The position numbers and the translations under genes were made by a program. Source: Candidatus Oxydemutatoraceae bacterium (lineage in GTDB: Bacteria; Pseudomonadota; Gammaproteobacteria; Poriferisulfidales; Oxydemutatoraceae). From it: DNA of 64,000 bases. How positions within the stretch are numbered: position 1 is the stretch's first letter; every line of letters begins with the position of its first letter. The notes beneath the pieces were generated by a model. It was not told the DNA's origin. It did no database searches and worked only from the letters and a program-made list of their open reading frames with translations. This document shows positions 9,795 to 19,087 of this stretch, piece after piece. The stretch covers positions 736,001 to 800,000 of the forward strand of contig CBDCOZ010000003.1 of NCBI GenBank assembly GCA_965220085.1, in the 5' to 3' direction.

Positions 9795-10902
9795 AGTCAC
9801 ATATATGCGGCGCGCTCTGGAGTTGGCGCGGCGCGGAATATATACGACGCACCCGAATCCGAGAGTCGGTTGTGTCATCGTCAAGGGCGGCGAGATCGTC
9901 GGCGAAGGTTTCCATGCGCATGCCGGCGGGCCGCATGCCGAAATCGTCGCGCTGGAGGCGGCTGGCAAGGCGGCGCAGGGCGCCGATGTCTATGTCACTT
10001 TGGAGCCGTGCAACCATACCGGCAGGACCGGGGCGTGTTGCGATGCCTTGCTTGCGGCGGGCGTAGCGCATGTCTTTGTCGGCTCGCGTGATCCGAACCC
10101 GCTGGTAGACGGCGGCGGAGTCAAGGCGCTGGAAGCGGCCGGCGCACGGGTCACATGCGGTGTGTGTTCCGCCGAGTGCGAAGCGCTGAATGACGGATTC
10201 TTTTCCAGAATGCGTCGCAAGCGGCCTTGGGTCAGGATTAAATCCGCCATCAGCCTGGACGGGCGCAGCGCGCTCGCAACGGGCAAAAGCGCATGGATTA
10301 GCGGCGAGGCGGCGCGGCGCGATGTGCAGTTCTGGCGCGCCCGCAGCGATGTGCTGATGACAGGACACGGCACGGCGCTTGCCGACAACCCCCGTCTCAA
10401 TGTGCGTTTGAGCGCCGCCGAATTGGGTATTGCCGGCGCCGTGCGCCAACCTATGCGCGTAGTGGCGGACAGCCGCTTGCGCACATCGCCGACGGCTGCG
10501 GTATATCGTCGGGACAGCGGCAGGGCGGCTGTTGCGACATGCGCGGGCGATGCGGCAAGGCGCGCTATGTTTCGGGATGGCGGCACGGAGGTCTTGGAGT
10601 TTGAGGCGGAAGATGACCGTGTGCCGTTGGGCGCTTTGTTTGAAACCTTGAGCCGTCGGTTTGAAATCAACGAAGCGCAAGTCGAAGCCGGGCCCGTGCT
10701 ATGCGGCAAATTGATAGAGGAAGGTTTGTGTGACGAGCTGTTGTTATATGTCGCGCCTAAGCTTATCGGACAGCGGGGCCGGGCGCTGGCGCAGTTCAAA
10801 AATGTCATTGAAGATATGAGCGGTTGCTCTGAATTTGATTATCACGATACGCGCATGGTCGGAGCGGATATGAGGCTCTTGCTGCGCCCTGCCGGCGTCT
10901 GA
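9784..10902 (+). CDS. ribD: Riboflavin biosynthesis deaminase/reductase RibD
   Basis: PNPRVGCVIV, HAE, TLEPC.H.GRT..C, SLDGR motifs. Confidence 0.97.
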   Translation: MTTEVTYMRRALELARRGIYTTHPNPRVGCVIVKGGEIVGEGFHAHAGGPHAEIVALEAAGKAAQGADVYVTLEPCNHTGRTGACCDALLAAGVAHVFVGSRDPNPLVDGGGVKALEAAGARVTCGVCSAECEALNDGFFSRMRRKRPWVRIKSAISLDGRSALATGKSAWISGEAARRDVQFWRARSDVLMTGHGTALADNPRLNVRLSAAELGIAGAVRQPMRVVADSRLRTSPTAAVYRRDSGRAAVATCAGDAARRAMFRDGGTEVLEFEAEDDRVPLGALFETLSRRFEINEAQVEAGPVLCGKLIEEGLCDELLLYVAPKLIGQRGRALAQFKNVIEDMSGCSEFDYHDTRMVGADMRLLLRPAGV

Positions 10903-10920
10903 GAGACAAGAGCGGAGTTT

Positions 10921-11520
10921 ATGTTTAGCGGAATCGTTCGTTCTATGGGTGAAGTCGTCGCGGTGACGCCGACCGGCGGCGGGCGGCGGCTGACATTGGC
11001 GATTGAGGAGGGTTTTGCAAAAAATGTGACCGTCGGCGCCAGCGTAGCGGTTGCGGGCGTTTGCCTGACCGTCGTTGAGCGCGATGATAAGAGTTTTGCG
11101 GCGGATGTATCCGCTGAAACGCTGTCGTGTACGACCCTCGGCGAACTGACAGTGTCCGAGCGCGTCAATCTTGAGCCGGCGTTGCTGGCTGCGCAAGCGA
11201 TCGACGGACATTTTGTCAGCGGTCATGTGGACTGCACGGGAGCGATCAAAGCGCTGGAAGCGCGCGGCGAATCCGCCCGCCTTGCGGTCGAAGCGCCGGC
11301 GCATGTCATGCCTTATATTGCCGTCAAAGGGTCGGTCTGTCTGGATGGCGTCAGCCTGACGGTCAATCGCGCCGACGACCGGCTGTTTGAGGTCAATCTG
11401 ATACCGCATACATTTGCGGTCACCACTTTTTCATTCCGCAAAGTCGGTGATTGCGTTAATATTGAAGCGGATTTGATTGTGCGCTATCTCAAAAAACTGA
11501 TGAGCGAGAAAGGATTATGA
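10921..11520 (+). CDS. ribE: Riboflavin synthase alpha chain (ribC in E. coli nomenclature)
   Basis: MFSGIV N-terminus, GVCLTV, GHFVSGHVD, GVSLTVN. Confidence 0.96.
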   Translation: MFSGIVRSMGEVVAVTPTGGGRRLTLAIEEGFAKNVTVGASVAVAGVCLTVVERDDKSFAADVSAETLSCTTLGELTVSERVNLEPALLAAQAIDGHFVSGHVDCTGAIKALEARGESARLAVEAPAHVMPYIAVKGSVCLDGVSLTVNRADDRLFEVNLIPHTFAVTTFSFRKVGDCVNIEADLIVRYLKKLMSEKGL

Positions 11521-11849
11521 TTGCGAAACTAGGCGGGGCGGTTATGCCGAAGTTATTGATCGCAACGCTGTTGCTTGCGTTTTTTTCTCTGCAATGGTCG
11601 CTGTGGGGGGAGCGCGGGGCATGGCGTTGGTTTGAATTGGAGCGCGCCAACGAGGATGCGCGGGTTGCGAACGAAGTCATGCGCGAACGCAACGAAGAAC
11701 TCGCGCACAAGATAGATGATTTGAAAACCGGCGTCGGCACTTTGGAAGAACAGGCGCGCGAGGACCTCGGCATGGTGAAGAAAGGGGAGACATTCTATCG
11801 GATCATCGAGCCTGCCGGGCGCGACACCGACACAGGAGAGCAAAAATGA
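11517..11849 (+). CDS. ftsB: Cell division protein FtsB
   Basis: TM helix, coiled coil, EEQAREDLGMVK.GE.FY; upstream of ispD. Confidence 0.9.
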   Translation: MIAKLGGAVMPKLLIATLLLAFFSLQWSLWGERGAWRWFELERANEDARVANEVMRERNEELAHKIDDLKTGVGTLEEQAREDLGMVKKGETFYRIIEPAGRDTDTGEQK

Positions 11850-12550
11850 CAGCAAAGCACTGGGGGATTGTGCCGGCGGCGGGGGAGGGCGCGCGGATGG
11901 GCGCGGAAGCGCCCAAGCAATACCTCAAAGCGGAAGGAACGTATATCTTGGACCACAGTATTCGCGCCTTGCTCGCCTGCGATGCAATAGAGAAAATCGT
12001 TGTCGCATTGGCGCCGCAAGACACACGGTGGAACGATACGGATGCGTCGCGGGATGCGCGGGTGCTGTCTTGTGCGGGCGGCGCGCACCGTTTTGCTTCG
12101 GTCGTCAAAGCGCTTGATCATCTGGGTTCAAAGGCGGACATATCCGACGACGATTGGATTGTGGTGCACGACGGCGCGCGTCCGTGTCTTGCCCGTCGGG
12201 ACCTCGAGCGTCTGTTACATGAGATTGCCGACGAGCCGACGGGGGGCATTTTGGCGCTGCCCATTGACGACACGGTGAAGCATCTCGATGACGGGTATAT
12301 CGATAAGACGCTTGAGCGCGAGCGCTTGGTGCGCGCCGCAACACCGCAGGTTTTTCGTTACCATATTCTGAAACACGCATTTGAGCGCGCGCGCCTGCGC
12401 GATGTTGTGCCGCCCGATGAGGCGGCGGCGGCGGAGTACGCCGGCCACAGTGTCAAAGCGGTCGCTTGTGGCGGCAGTAATATCAAAGTAACCCGCCCGC
12501 AAGATTTGGCGTATGTGACAGCATTTTTGAAACAACATTCCGACGGCTAA
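11846..12550 (+). CDS. ispD: 2-C-methyl-D-erythritol 4-phosphate cytidylyltransferase
   Basis: PAAG.G.RM...PKQY, VHDGARP, TPQ.F, NIKVT.P.DL. Confidence 0.96.
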   Translation: MTAKHWGIVPAAGEGARMGAEAPKQYLKAEGTYILDHSIRALLACDAIEKIVVALAPQDTRWNDTDASRDARVLSCAGGAHRFASVVKALDHLGSKADISDDDWIVVHDGARPCLARRDLERLLHEIADEPTGGILALPIDDTVKHLDDGYIDKTLERERLVRAATPQVFRYHILKHAFERARLRDVVPPDEAAAAEYAGHSVKAVACGGSNIKVTRPQDLAYVTAFLKQHSDG

Positions 12551-12552
12551 AA

Positions 12553-13035
12553 ATGACTGCATTGCGCATCGGACACGGCTATGATGCCCACCGCTTCTGC
12601 GAAGGAGACCGCTTGATATTGGGCGGCGCGCGCATTCCTTTTGCATACGGCATTGCGGCGCATTCCGACGGCGATGTGCTGATTCATTCCCTGTGCGATG
12701 CCTTGTTGGGAGCCGCGGCTCTGGGCGATATCGGCCGCCATTTCCCGGATGACGACCCGCAATATGAGGCGATCGACAGCCGCCGTCTGTTGGCAAAAGT
12801 CCGCGCCATGCTTCTTCGGCAGGGCTATCAATTTGTCAATGCGGATATGACTTTGCTGGCCCAAAAACCGCGGCTGAGTCCGTATATCGGAGAAATGCGA
12901 CAGAATATCGCATCCGTCCTTGCGTGTCCCGAAGAGTGTGTCAGTATCAAGGCGACGACGACCGAAGCCATGGGCTTTGTCGGCCGCTTGGAAGGCCTTG
13001 CGGCGCATAGCGTCGTTTTGATGGAACATAAATGA
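12553..13035 (+). CDS. ispF: 2-C-methyl-D-erythritol 2,4-cyclodiphosphate synthase
   Basis: RIGHGYDAH, HSDGDV, GDIG.HFPD, KATTTE.MGF.GR.EG. Confidence 0.97.
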   Translation: MTALRIGHGYDAHRFCEGDRLILGGARIPFAYGIAAHSDGDVLIHSLCDALLGAAALGDIGRHFPDDDPQYEAIDSRRLLAKVRAMLLRQGYQFVNADMTLLAQKPRLSPYIGEMRQNIASVLACPEECVSIKATTTEAMGFVGRLEGLAAHSVVLMEHK

Positions 13036-13042
13036 TACGGCA

Positions 13043-14962
13043 ATGAACAAAAATTTAGTTAATGACAGCGTGGACATGTTATCCGCGCACAGCCCGCTTG
13101 CCGACTTGGCGGACGGTTTCAGGGACCGCCCGCCGCAGAGAGAGATGGCAACCCACCTCGCGCAGGCGATTCTCGATGGGACCGACTATGTTGCCGAGGC
13201 GAGCACCGGCATCGGCAAGACATTCGCTTATCTCGTGCCGGCTTTGTTATCGGGCAAGCGAACCGTCATCTCAACCTATACCCGCCACCTTCAGGATCAG
13301 ATTTATTTCAAAGATCTGCCGATCGTGCTCAAAGCGGTCGGAGGCAGGCACAAGGTCACCTTGCTCAAAGGCCGCTCCAATTACTTGTGCCTTGAGCGCC
13401 TGCAACACGCGCTGTCCGAAAACGCTTTAATAGATAACAACCGCGATGTGTTATCGGCGATAAAACAATGGGCGGAAGAGACCGAAGACGGCGATATCAG
13501 CCTTCTCAACCTGATAGAAGAAGGCGACCCGTTGCGCCCTTCGCTGGTATCCAATACGGATAACTGTCTCGGCTCAAAGTGCCCTCATCATCGGGATTGT
13601 TTCATCGTTAAAGCCAGAAACAAAGCGTTGCAATCCGATCTTGTCATTGTCAATCACCAGTTGTTGGTATCCGACATGGTTCTCAAGGAGGAAGGTTTTG
13701 GCGAATTGTTGCCCGATGTCGATACGGTGATCGTGGACGAAGCGCACAAGTTCAAATCGGTATCGGAGAGCAGCTTTTCCGAAGCTTTGTTCAGCGGGCG
13801 CATCGCAGAGCTCTTGCGCGAGCTCGGCGAACGCGCAGAGAAAGAATCCGACGAAGCCGGGCGGATAAGTGCCGCGGCGGCGCGGTGCCGCGGCGCATTG
13901 GATGCGTTGGTCAGATATCTGTCCGATATGCCGGAATATAAAACCCTCGGTCAGCTGCTTGCGCAGCCCAAATTTAAATCCTGTTACGAAGGTTTGCAAC
14001 AACAGATTGCCGACCTGAGCGAAGCGTTAAAACCGTTGCGCGCGCAAACCGAGACGCTGGAGAATTTCTGGCAGCGCGCGCAAACGCTGCGCGGGTTTTT
14101 GGAATCGGCGACAGAAGAGAACGAAGAGATAGTGGCGTGGGTGCGCAGCGCCGAGCGTTCGTTTCAGATACACCGCAGCCCGCTGGATGTTTCCAAACTG
14201 CTGGCCGAGAAGATTCGCCTGTACGATGCAAACTGGATTTACACATCCGCCACCCTTGCGGTCGGCGGCAAGTTTGACCTGTTCTTGAAGTCGCAGGGCC
14301 TGCCCGAAGACAGCGCCTGCGGCGCTTTTGAAAGCCCGTTCGACTACCGCGAGCAGGCCGCGATATATCTGCCGCCCAAGATACCGGAGCCGAATCATCC
14401 CGACTATACGAAAGCGGTTATCAGAGAGGCCCGTCCTCTGCTGGACATATTTGAAGGCAGAAGTTTTTTGCTGTTTACGAGTTATCGCGCTCTGCGCGAA
14501 GGCCGCGACTTGCTCGCCGATCAAACCGACTACAAACTGCTGGCGCAGGGAGATATGCCGAAGATAGACTTGCTCGAACAATTCGGCGACGGACATAACC
14601 GCCTGTTGCTGGGGACGACAAGCTTTTGGGAAGGGGTCGATGTCAAAGGCCCGGCATTGAGTTGTGTCATTATCGACCGTTTGCCGTTTGCCCACCCGGG
14701 AGACCCGCTGACGAAGGCCAGAATGAAATATGCCGCTCAAAACAATATCAACTTTTTTGTTGAGACCACTTTGCAGGATGCGGTCATCATGTTGCGGCAA
14801 GGGGTCGGCCGCCTGATTCGCTCCGAGAGCGATTACGGCGTCGTGATGCTCGCCGACAAACGGATTCGCACCAAGCCGTACGGGAGAGTATTCATGGACA
14901 GCCTGCCCCCGATGAAAGTCTTTTCCGAAATTGAGCCGTTAAAAGAGTATTGCAGGCTGTGA
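13043..14962 (+). CDS. yoaA: ATP-dependent DinG/YoaA-family Fe-S helicase
   Basis: EASTGIGKT, KGRSNYLC, DEAH, SFWEGVDV, RQGVGRLIR; adjacent to tsaB. Confidence 0.9.
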   Translation: MNKNLVNDSVDMLSAHSPLADLADGFRDRPPQREMATHLAQAILDGTDYVAEASTGIGKTFAYLVPALLSGKRTVISTYTRHLQDQIYFKDLPIVLKAVGGRHKVTLLKGRSNYLCLERLQHALSENALIDNNRDVLSAIKQWAEETEDGDISLLNLIEEGDPLRPSLVSNTDNCLGSKCPHHRDCFIVKARNKALQSDLVIVNHQLLVSDMVLKEEGFGELLPDVDTVIVDEAHKFKSVSESSFSEALFSGRIAELLRELGERAEKESDEAGRISAAAARCRGALDALVRYLSDMPEYKTLGQLLAQPKFKSCYEGLQQQIADLSEALKPLRAQTETLENFWQRAQTLRGFLESATEENEEIVAWVRSAERSFQIHRSPLDVSKLLAEKIRLYDANWIYTSATLAVGGKFDLFLKSQGLPEDSACGAFESPFDYREQAAIYLPPKIPEPNHPDYTKAVIREARPLLDIFEGRSFLLFTSYRALREGRDLLADQTDYKLLAQGDMPKIDLLEQFGDGHNRLLLGTTSFWEGVDVKGPALSCVIIDRLPFAHPGDPLTKARMKYAAQNNINFFVETTLQDAVIMLRQGVGRLIRSESDYGVVMLADKRIRTKPYGRVFMDSLPPMKVFSEIEPLKEYCRL

Positions 14963-15645
14963 ATACGCAGACGCGACAAACTATCCTTGCGGTCGATACC
15001 GCGACCGAGGCTTGTTCCGCGGCATTGCTGAAAGATGGCAAGACCTATAGCCGCTATGAGGTCGCGCCGCAAAAGCACAACACGTTGCTGTTTGACATGT
15101 GCCGCTCTGTGTTTGACGAAGCGGGCGGCGGTCTGAATGATATTCATGGCTTGGCATTCGGGCGCGGCCCGGGCGCGTTTACCGGCGTTCGTATTGCCGC
15201 GGCGTTTGTGCAGGGCATCGCGTATGCGAGGTCGTTGCCGGTGGTGTCGGTTTCCAGTTTGCGGACGGTCGCCCAACGGACAATGGATGCGCGCCGGGCG
15301 CAGCGGGTTTTTGTCGCGATGGATGCGCGCATGGAAGAGGTTTACTACGCCTGCTATCAACGCGATGCGAGCGGCTTGGCGCAGCCGCTTGCCGACGATG
15401 CGATTGCCCGCCCGCAGCGGGCACAATTGCCCGAGGACTTTGACGGCGTCGGCGCCGGCAGCGGCTGGAAAGTGGCGCGCGATGCGTTGCTTGAGGCTGC
15501 GGGCAAACGCATAGAGGCGGTGTATCCGGATATGCTCCCCGATGCGGCGACCATACTCAAGCTCGCGCTGCCGGACTTTGAGGCGGCAAAGACCTTGACC
15601 GCAGAGCAGGCTTTGCCGGTGTATCTGCGCGACCCGGTTGCGTGA
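14959..15645 (+). CDS. tsaB: tRNA t6A biosynthesis protein TsaB
   Basis: LAVDTATEACS, GPG.FTGVRI, DARM.EVY, P.YLR. Confidence 0.95.
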   Translation: MNTQTRQTILAVDTATEACSAALLKDGKTYSRYEVAPQKHNTLLFDMCRSVFDEAGGGLNDIHGLAFGRGPGAFTGVRIAAAFVQGIAYARSLPVVSVSSLRTVAQRTMDARRAQRVFVAMDARMEEVYYACYQRDASGLAQPLADDAIARPQRAQLPEDFDGVGAGSGWKVARDALLEAAGKRIEAVYPDMLPDAATILKLALPDFEAAKTLTAEQALPVYLRDPVA

Positions 15646-16009
15646 CGCCCCGCAAAGAAGTACGCTTGCAATCGGATAGACTCGTTGCCGAGTGTGGCGC
15701 TAGTTGCGCGATTGCCCGCAAAGAGTGCGCTTGCGACCGGATAGACTCGTTGCTGAATGTAGCGCTAGTTGCGTGACTGCCCGCAAAGAAGTACGCTTGC
15801 AATCGGATAGACTCGTTGCTGAATGTGGCGCTAGTTGCGTGACTGCCCGCAAAGAAGTCCGCTTGCAGCCGGATAGACTCGTTGCTGAATGTGGCGCTAG
15901 TTGCGTGACTGCCCGCAAAGAAGTCCGCTTGCACCGGTTGGCGGCGCATACATCTAAGGAGCTTGGTTGCGTGACCGCCCGCAAAGAAGTACGCTTGCAA
16001 TCGGATAGA
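15637..16009. repeat. Six tandem units of about 66 bp between tsaB and arsC
   Basis: Units start at 15637, 15703, 15768, 15834, 15900, 15966 (gttgcgtgactgcccgcaaagaagtacgcttgcaat + cggataga...). Confidence 0.9.
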
Positions 16010-16041
16010 AACAAAAGAATGCTAACAAGGAGGATAAAACA

Positions 16042-16455
16042 ATGAAGAATGTTCTGGTGATGTGTCGGCAGAATGCATGCCGTTCCATTTTGGCCGAAGG
16101 AATTATCAACGGCCTGTTTGCGGACAAGCTCAAGGCGGTCAGCGCCGGCAGCGAACCTGTGGGGGAAGCGCACCCCAAAGCGATTTTGACACTCAAGCGG
16201 CACGGCATCGACTGCTCTGGCTTGCGGAGCAAATCGTGGGATGCATTTGCCGAGCGGGAGTTTGATGCGATTATTACCGTTTGTAATTCCGCTAACAAAG
16301 CCTGCCCGCATTTCCCCGGCGACTATACGCGGTTGCACTGGAATACGCCGGACCCCGCCAAGCTCAAAGGAAGCGAAGAAGAGATTGAGCAAGCGTTTGA
16401 AGGCACATTCGCCTTGCTGAAAAGCCGGATCAAGAGCGAACTGCTATCGCTATGA
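16042..16455 (+). CDS. arsC: Arsenate reductase, thioredoxin-coupled LMW-PTP fold
   Basis: C..N.CRS..AEG, SAG, ITVC......CP.FPG, HW..PDP. Confidence 0.85.
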   Translation: MKNVLVMCRQNACRSILAEGIINGLFADKLKAVSAGSEPVGEAHPKAILTLKRHGIDCSGLRSKSWDAFAEREFDAIITVCNSANKACPHFPGDYTRLHWNTPDPAKLKGSEEEIEQAFEGTFALLKSRIKSELLSL

Positions 16456-16458
16456 TTC

Positions 16459-17172
16459 TTAGAACAGCAGTTTCACACCGAGCGCGCCGATGATGGCGTC
16501 ATCGTCTTCGCCATGGCGTTTGGCGATAGATGCTGTTTCGCCAAATTTGCGTTCGTAGCGTATGTCCAAATAGGGAGCGAAGGCGCGCGTAAATCCGTAA
16601 CTGGCATGGATTCCGATCTCCGCTTCGGCAAGACCGGCGCCGACTCCGAGCTCGGGCACATCTTGTGCGAACAAGTCCGCTTCCGCATAGGGTTCTATCA
16701 CCAGTTTTTGTGTGAGCAGAAACTCATTTTCTTGCTTGATACGGATGCTGACGTCTTCATCCTCGCTGACAAACAGATATGCCTCTGTCTCAAAAAAGTA
16801 GGGGGCAAGGCCTCTGAACGAGAGGACGCCGTAGCTGAGCGTGTCGGGTTGCGTATCGTGGCGGATGCCGACTTGCACATCCCAGAACGTGCTGATTGTG
16901 CGGCTGTACATGACCCGCAACTCGGCTTGTTCGGTCGCGCCGTTCTCGCGCTCTCCTTCGGCTTCAAACCAAACTTTATTTTCATCCGTCCCAACCCAGC
17001 CGCTAAACTCCCAGCTGGCGACTCCCGCGCCGTCATCGGAACCGCCGGCATCGGTCTCAAGCTCAAAGGCATGATAGACAGCCGCGCCGTGTTCGCCGCC
17101 GGCGGATGCCGCTAATGGCAACAATGGCAGGGCGGCAATAAGAAGAGCTGCTATCGTGTTTTTAGGAATCAT
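16459..17172 (-). CDS. copB: Copper resistance outer-membrane protein CopB/PcoB
   Basis: Signal peptide, beta-barrel pattern, GLAPYFFE, FAPY, C-terminal Phe; downstream of copA. Confidence 0.9.
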   Translation of the reverse strand: MIPKNTIAALLIAALPLLPLAASAGGEHGAAVYHAFELETDAGGSDDGAGVASWEFSGWVGTDENKVWFEAEGERENGATEQAELRVMYSRTISTFWDVQVGIRHDTQPDTLSYGVLSFRGLAPYFFETEAYLFVSEDEDVSIRIKQENEFLLTQKLVIEPYAEADLFAQDVPELGVGAGLAEAEIGIHASYGFTRAFAPYLDIRYERKFGETASIAKRHGEDDDAIIGALGVKLLF

Positions 17173-17211
17173 GATTGCGCCTTGTTGTGCGATGCCGTTT
17201 TGCGACGGTTA

Positions 17212-18990
17212 TCAGTGATGCGCGGAATGATCAACATCTTCCGTTTTGTGCCGACCGTAATCTTTCGTCTTTTGCGTTCCGGATGAGTATGTTTTTGTCG
17301 GCGCTCGCGCTTCATCCACCTTGGCGACAACGATTTTATTCATCATCCCCGCCATCATGTGATAGAGCAGGTGGCAGTGAAATGCCCACTCACCGGCCTC
17401 GTCAGCGGTCAGAAGGGCGGAATAAGTATCCCCCGGCGCGACGATGATCGTGTGCTTGTTCGGCAGTTTTGACGCGGGCTGGCCATTTTCCAGTTGCACA
17501 AACATTCCGTGCAAGTGCATCGGGTGCGCCATCATCGTCTCATTGACAAAGGTCAGGCGCACGCGCTCGCCATAGTCAAGGCTGATCGGTTCTGCGTCCT
17601 CAAACTTTTTGCCATTGAGTGTCCAGATATAACGCTCCATATTGCCGCCCAAGCGAACGACGATCTCGCGCTCCGGCACACGCTGATCTTGTTGCGCGCC
17701 CGCATAGCGGAGGTCTTTATAGCTCAGCGTCTTGTAGCCTGCGGGCGTCTTGGCATCGGCCCAACCGCTGCCGGGCACACCCGTATCAAAGTCCTCGGCC
17801 GGAGGGTTAGCGAGGCCCTCGCTGTCATCCGAATGATGCATATCGGCCATGTCATGCCCGGAGTGATCCATATGCATCATGTCATGACCGGCGTGATGCG
17901 CGCCCGGCGTATGGTGAGACATGCTCATATCGGCCATCGTCAAAAGACTTATCGGGCGCTGTGCGGGAATCTCGCCGCGCATCCCTTCGCGGGGGGCGAT
18001 GGTGGCCAAGGCAAAGCCGGTGCGATCAAGCGGCTCGGCGGCGATGGTGTACGCTTTGTTTGCCTCGGGCTCAACAATCACATCATAGGTTTCCGCAACC
18101 CCAAACCGGAACTCATCAACCGTTATCGGCTCAACCGGTTGCCCGTCCGCGGCGACAACAGTCATTTCAAGTCCCGGGATACGGACATCATAAAATGACA
18201 TGGCCGAAGCGTTGATAAAACGTAAGCGCACTTTTTCTCCGGGTTCAAAAATACCGGTCCAGTTCTGTTCGGGCGTTTTGCCGTTAACGAGGAAAGTGTA
18301 GTTGCCAACATCCGTCAAGTCGACAGGCGACATACGCATCTCGCCCCACATCGCGGCATTTTCCCAAGCCTTCCCGAACCCCCTTTGTTTGACATCGGCA
18401 AAGAAGTCGCCAAGAGTTCTGCGGACATACACATAGTATTCGGAAGACTTCTTCAGGTTGGACATAATGGTGCTGCCTTCATCCTCATGAAAGTCGGAGA
18501 GGAGCACGACATAGTCGCGGTCGGCTTCTATATCATCTCCGCCTTCGGGGCGGATAATGATGGAACCGTAGTGCCCATCCTGTTCCTGCGCCATTGAGTG
18601 CGCGTGATACCAATATGTTCCGCGCTGCCGTATCTTAAAACGATAGGTGAAAGTATCGCCCGGTTCAATTCCCGCAAAGCCATTAAAGCCCGAAACGCCA
18701 TCCATCTCACCGGGCAGAAGGAGCCCATGCCAGTGAACAGAAGTGTTCTCCTTCAGCTTATTAGTGACATGGATAACGGCGTCATCGCCCTCTGTGAATT
18801 CCAAAGTCGGCCCCGGGATGTTGCCATTCACCGTGATACGGTCTAGCAGGGAACCCGTAATGCTTACGGCTTCTTTATCAATGACCAGCGAATACTCTTG
18901 CGTCTTGGCAAATGCGGGAGCGCCCGCGCTGACTAGCAAACTCGCAAGAGTTATTGCCTTTGTAAAGTTTTTGAGCGTTGTATGACTCAT
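17212..18990 (-). CDS. copA: Copper resistance multicopper oxidase CopA/PcoA
   Basis: HWHG, YWYHAH, HPMHLHG, HCHLLYHM..GM; His/Met-rich loop. Confidence 0.95.
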   Translation of the reverse strand: MSHTTLKNFTKAITLASLLVSAGAPAFAKTQEYSLVIDKEAVSITGSLLDRITVNGNIPGPTLEFTEGDDAVIHVTNKLKENTSVHWHGLLLPGEMDGVSGFNGFAGIEPGDTFTYRFKIRQRGTYWYHAHSMAQEQDGHYGSIIIRPEGGDDIEADRDYVVLLSDFHEDEGSTIMSNLKKSSEYYVYVRRTLGDFFADVKQRGFGKAWENAAMWGEMRMSPVDLTDVGNYTFLVNGKTPEQNWTGIFEPGEKVRLRFINASAMSFYDVRIPGLEMTVVAADGQPVEPITVDEFRFGVAETYDVIVEPEANKAYTIAAEPLDRTGFALATIAPREGMRGEIPAQRPISLLTMADMSMSHHTPGAHHAGHDMMHMDHSGHDMADMHHSDDSEGLANPPAEDFDTGVPGSGWADAKTPAGYKTLSYKDLRYAGAQQDQRVPEREIVVRLGGNMERYIWTLNGKKFEDAEPISLDYGERVRLTFVNETMMAHPMHLHGMFVQLENGQPASKLPNKHTIIVAPGDTYSALLTADEAGEWAFHCHLLYHMMAGMMNKIVVAKVDEARAPTKTYSSGTQKTKDYGRHKTEDVDHSAHH

Positions 18991-19087
18991 GGGGATATAT
19001 TACTTGTTTTCATGCGCGAGTTCAATAAGACTTCCTGGGTGACTTTTGACGTTATCTACTGTCAGCCAGTATGGTCTTTGAGTTTTT

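Noticed and set aside
15637-16009. Active CRISPR array
   Set aside because: Spacers are nearly identical, the conserved part extends into the spacer (cggataga follows the last repeat), unit 1 overlaps tsaB, and no cas genes are present.
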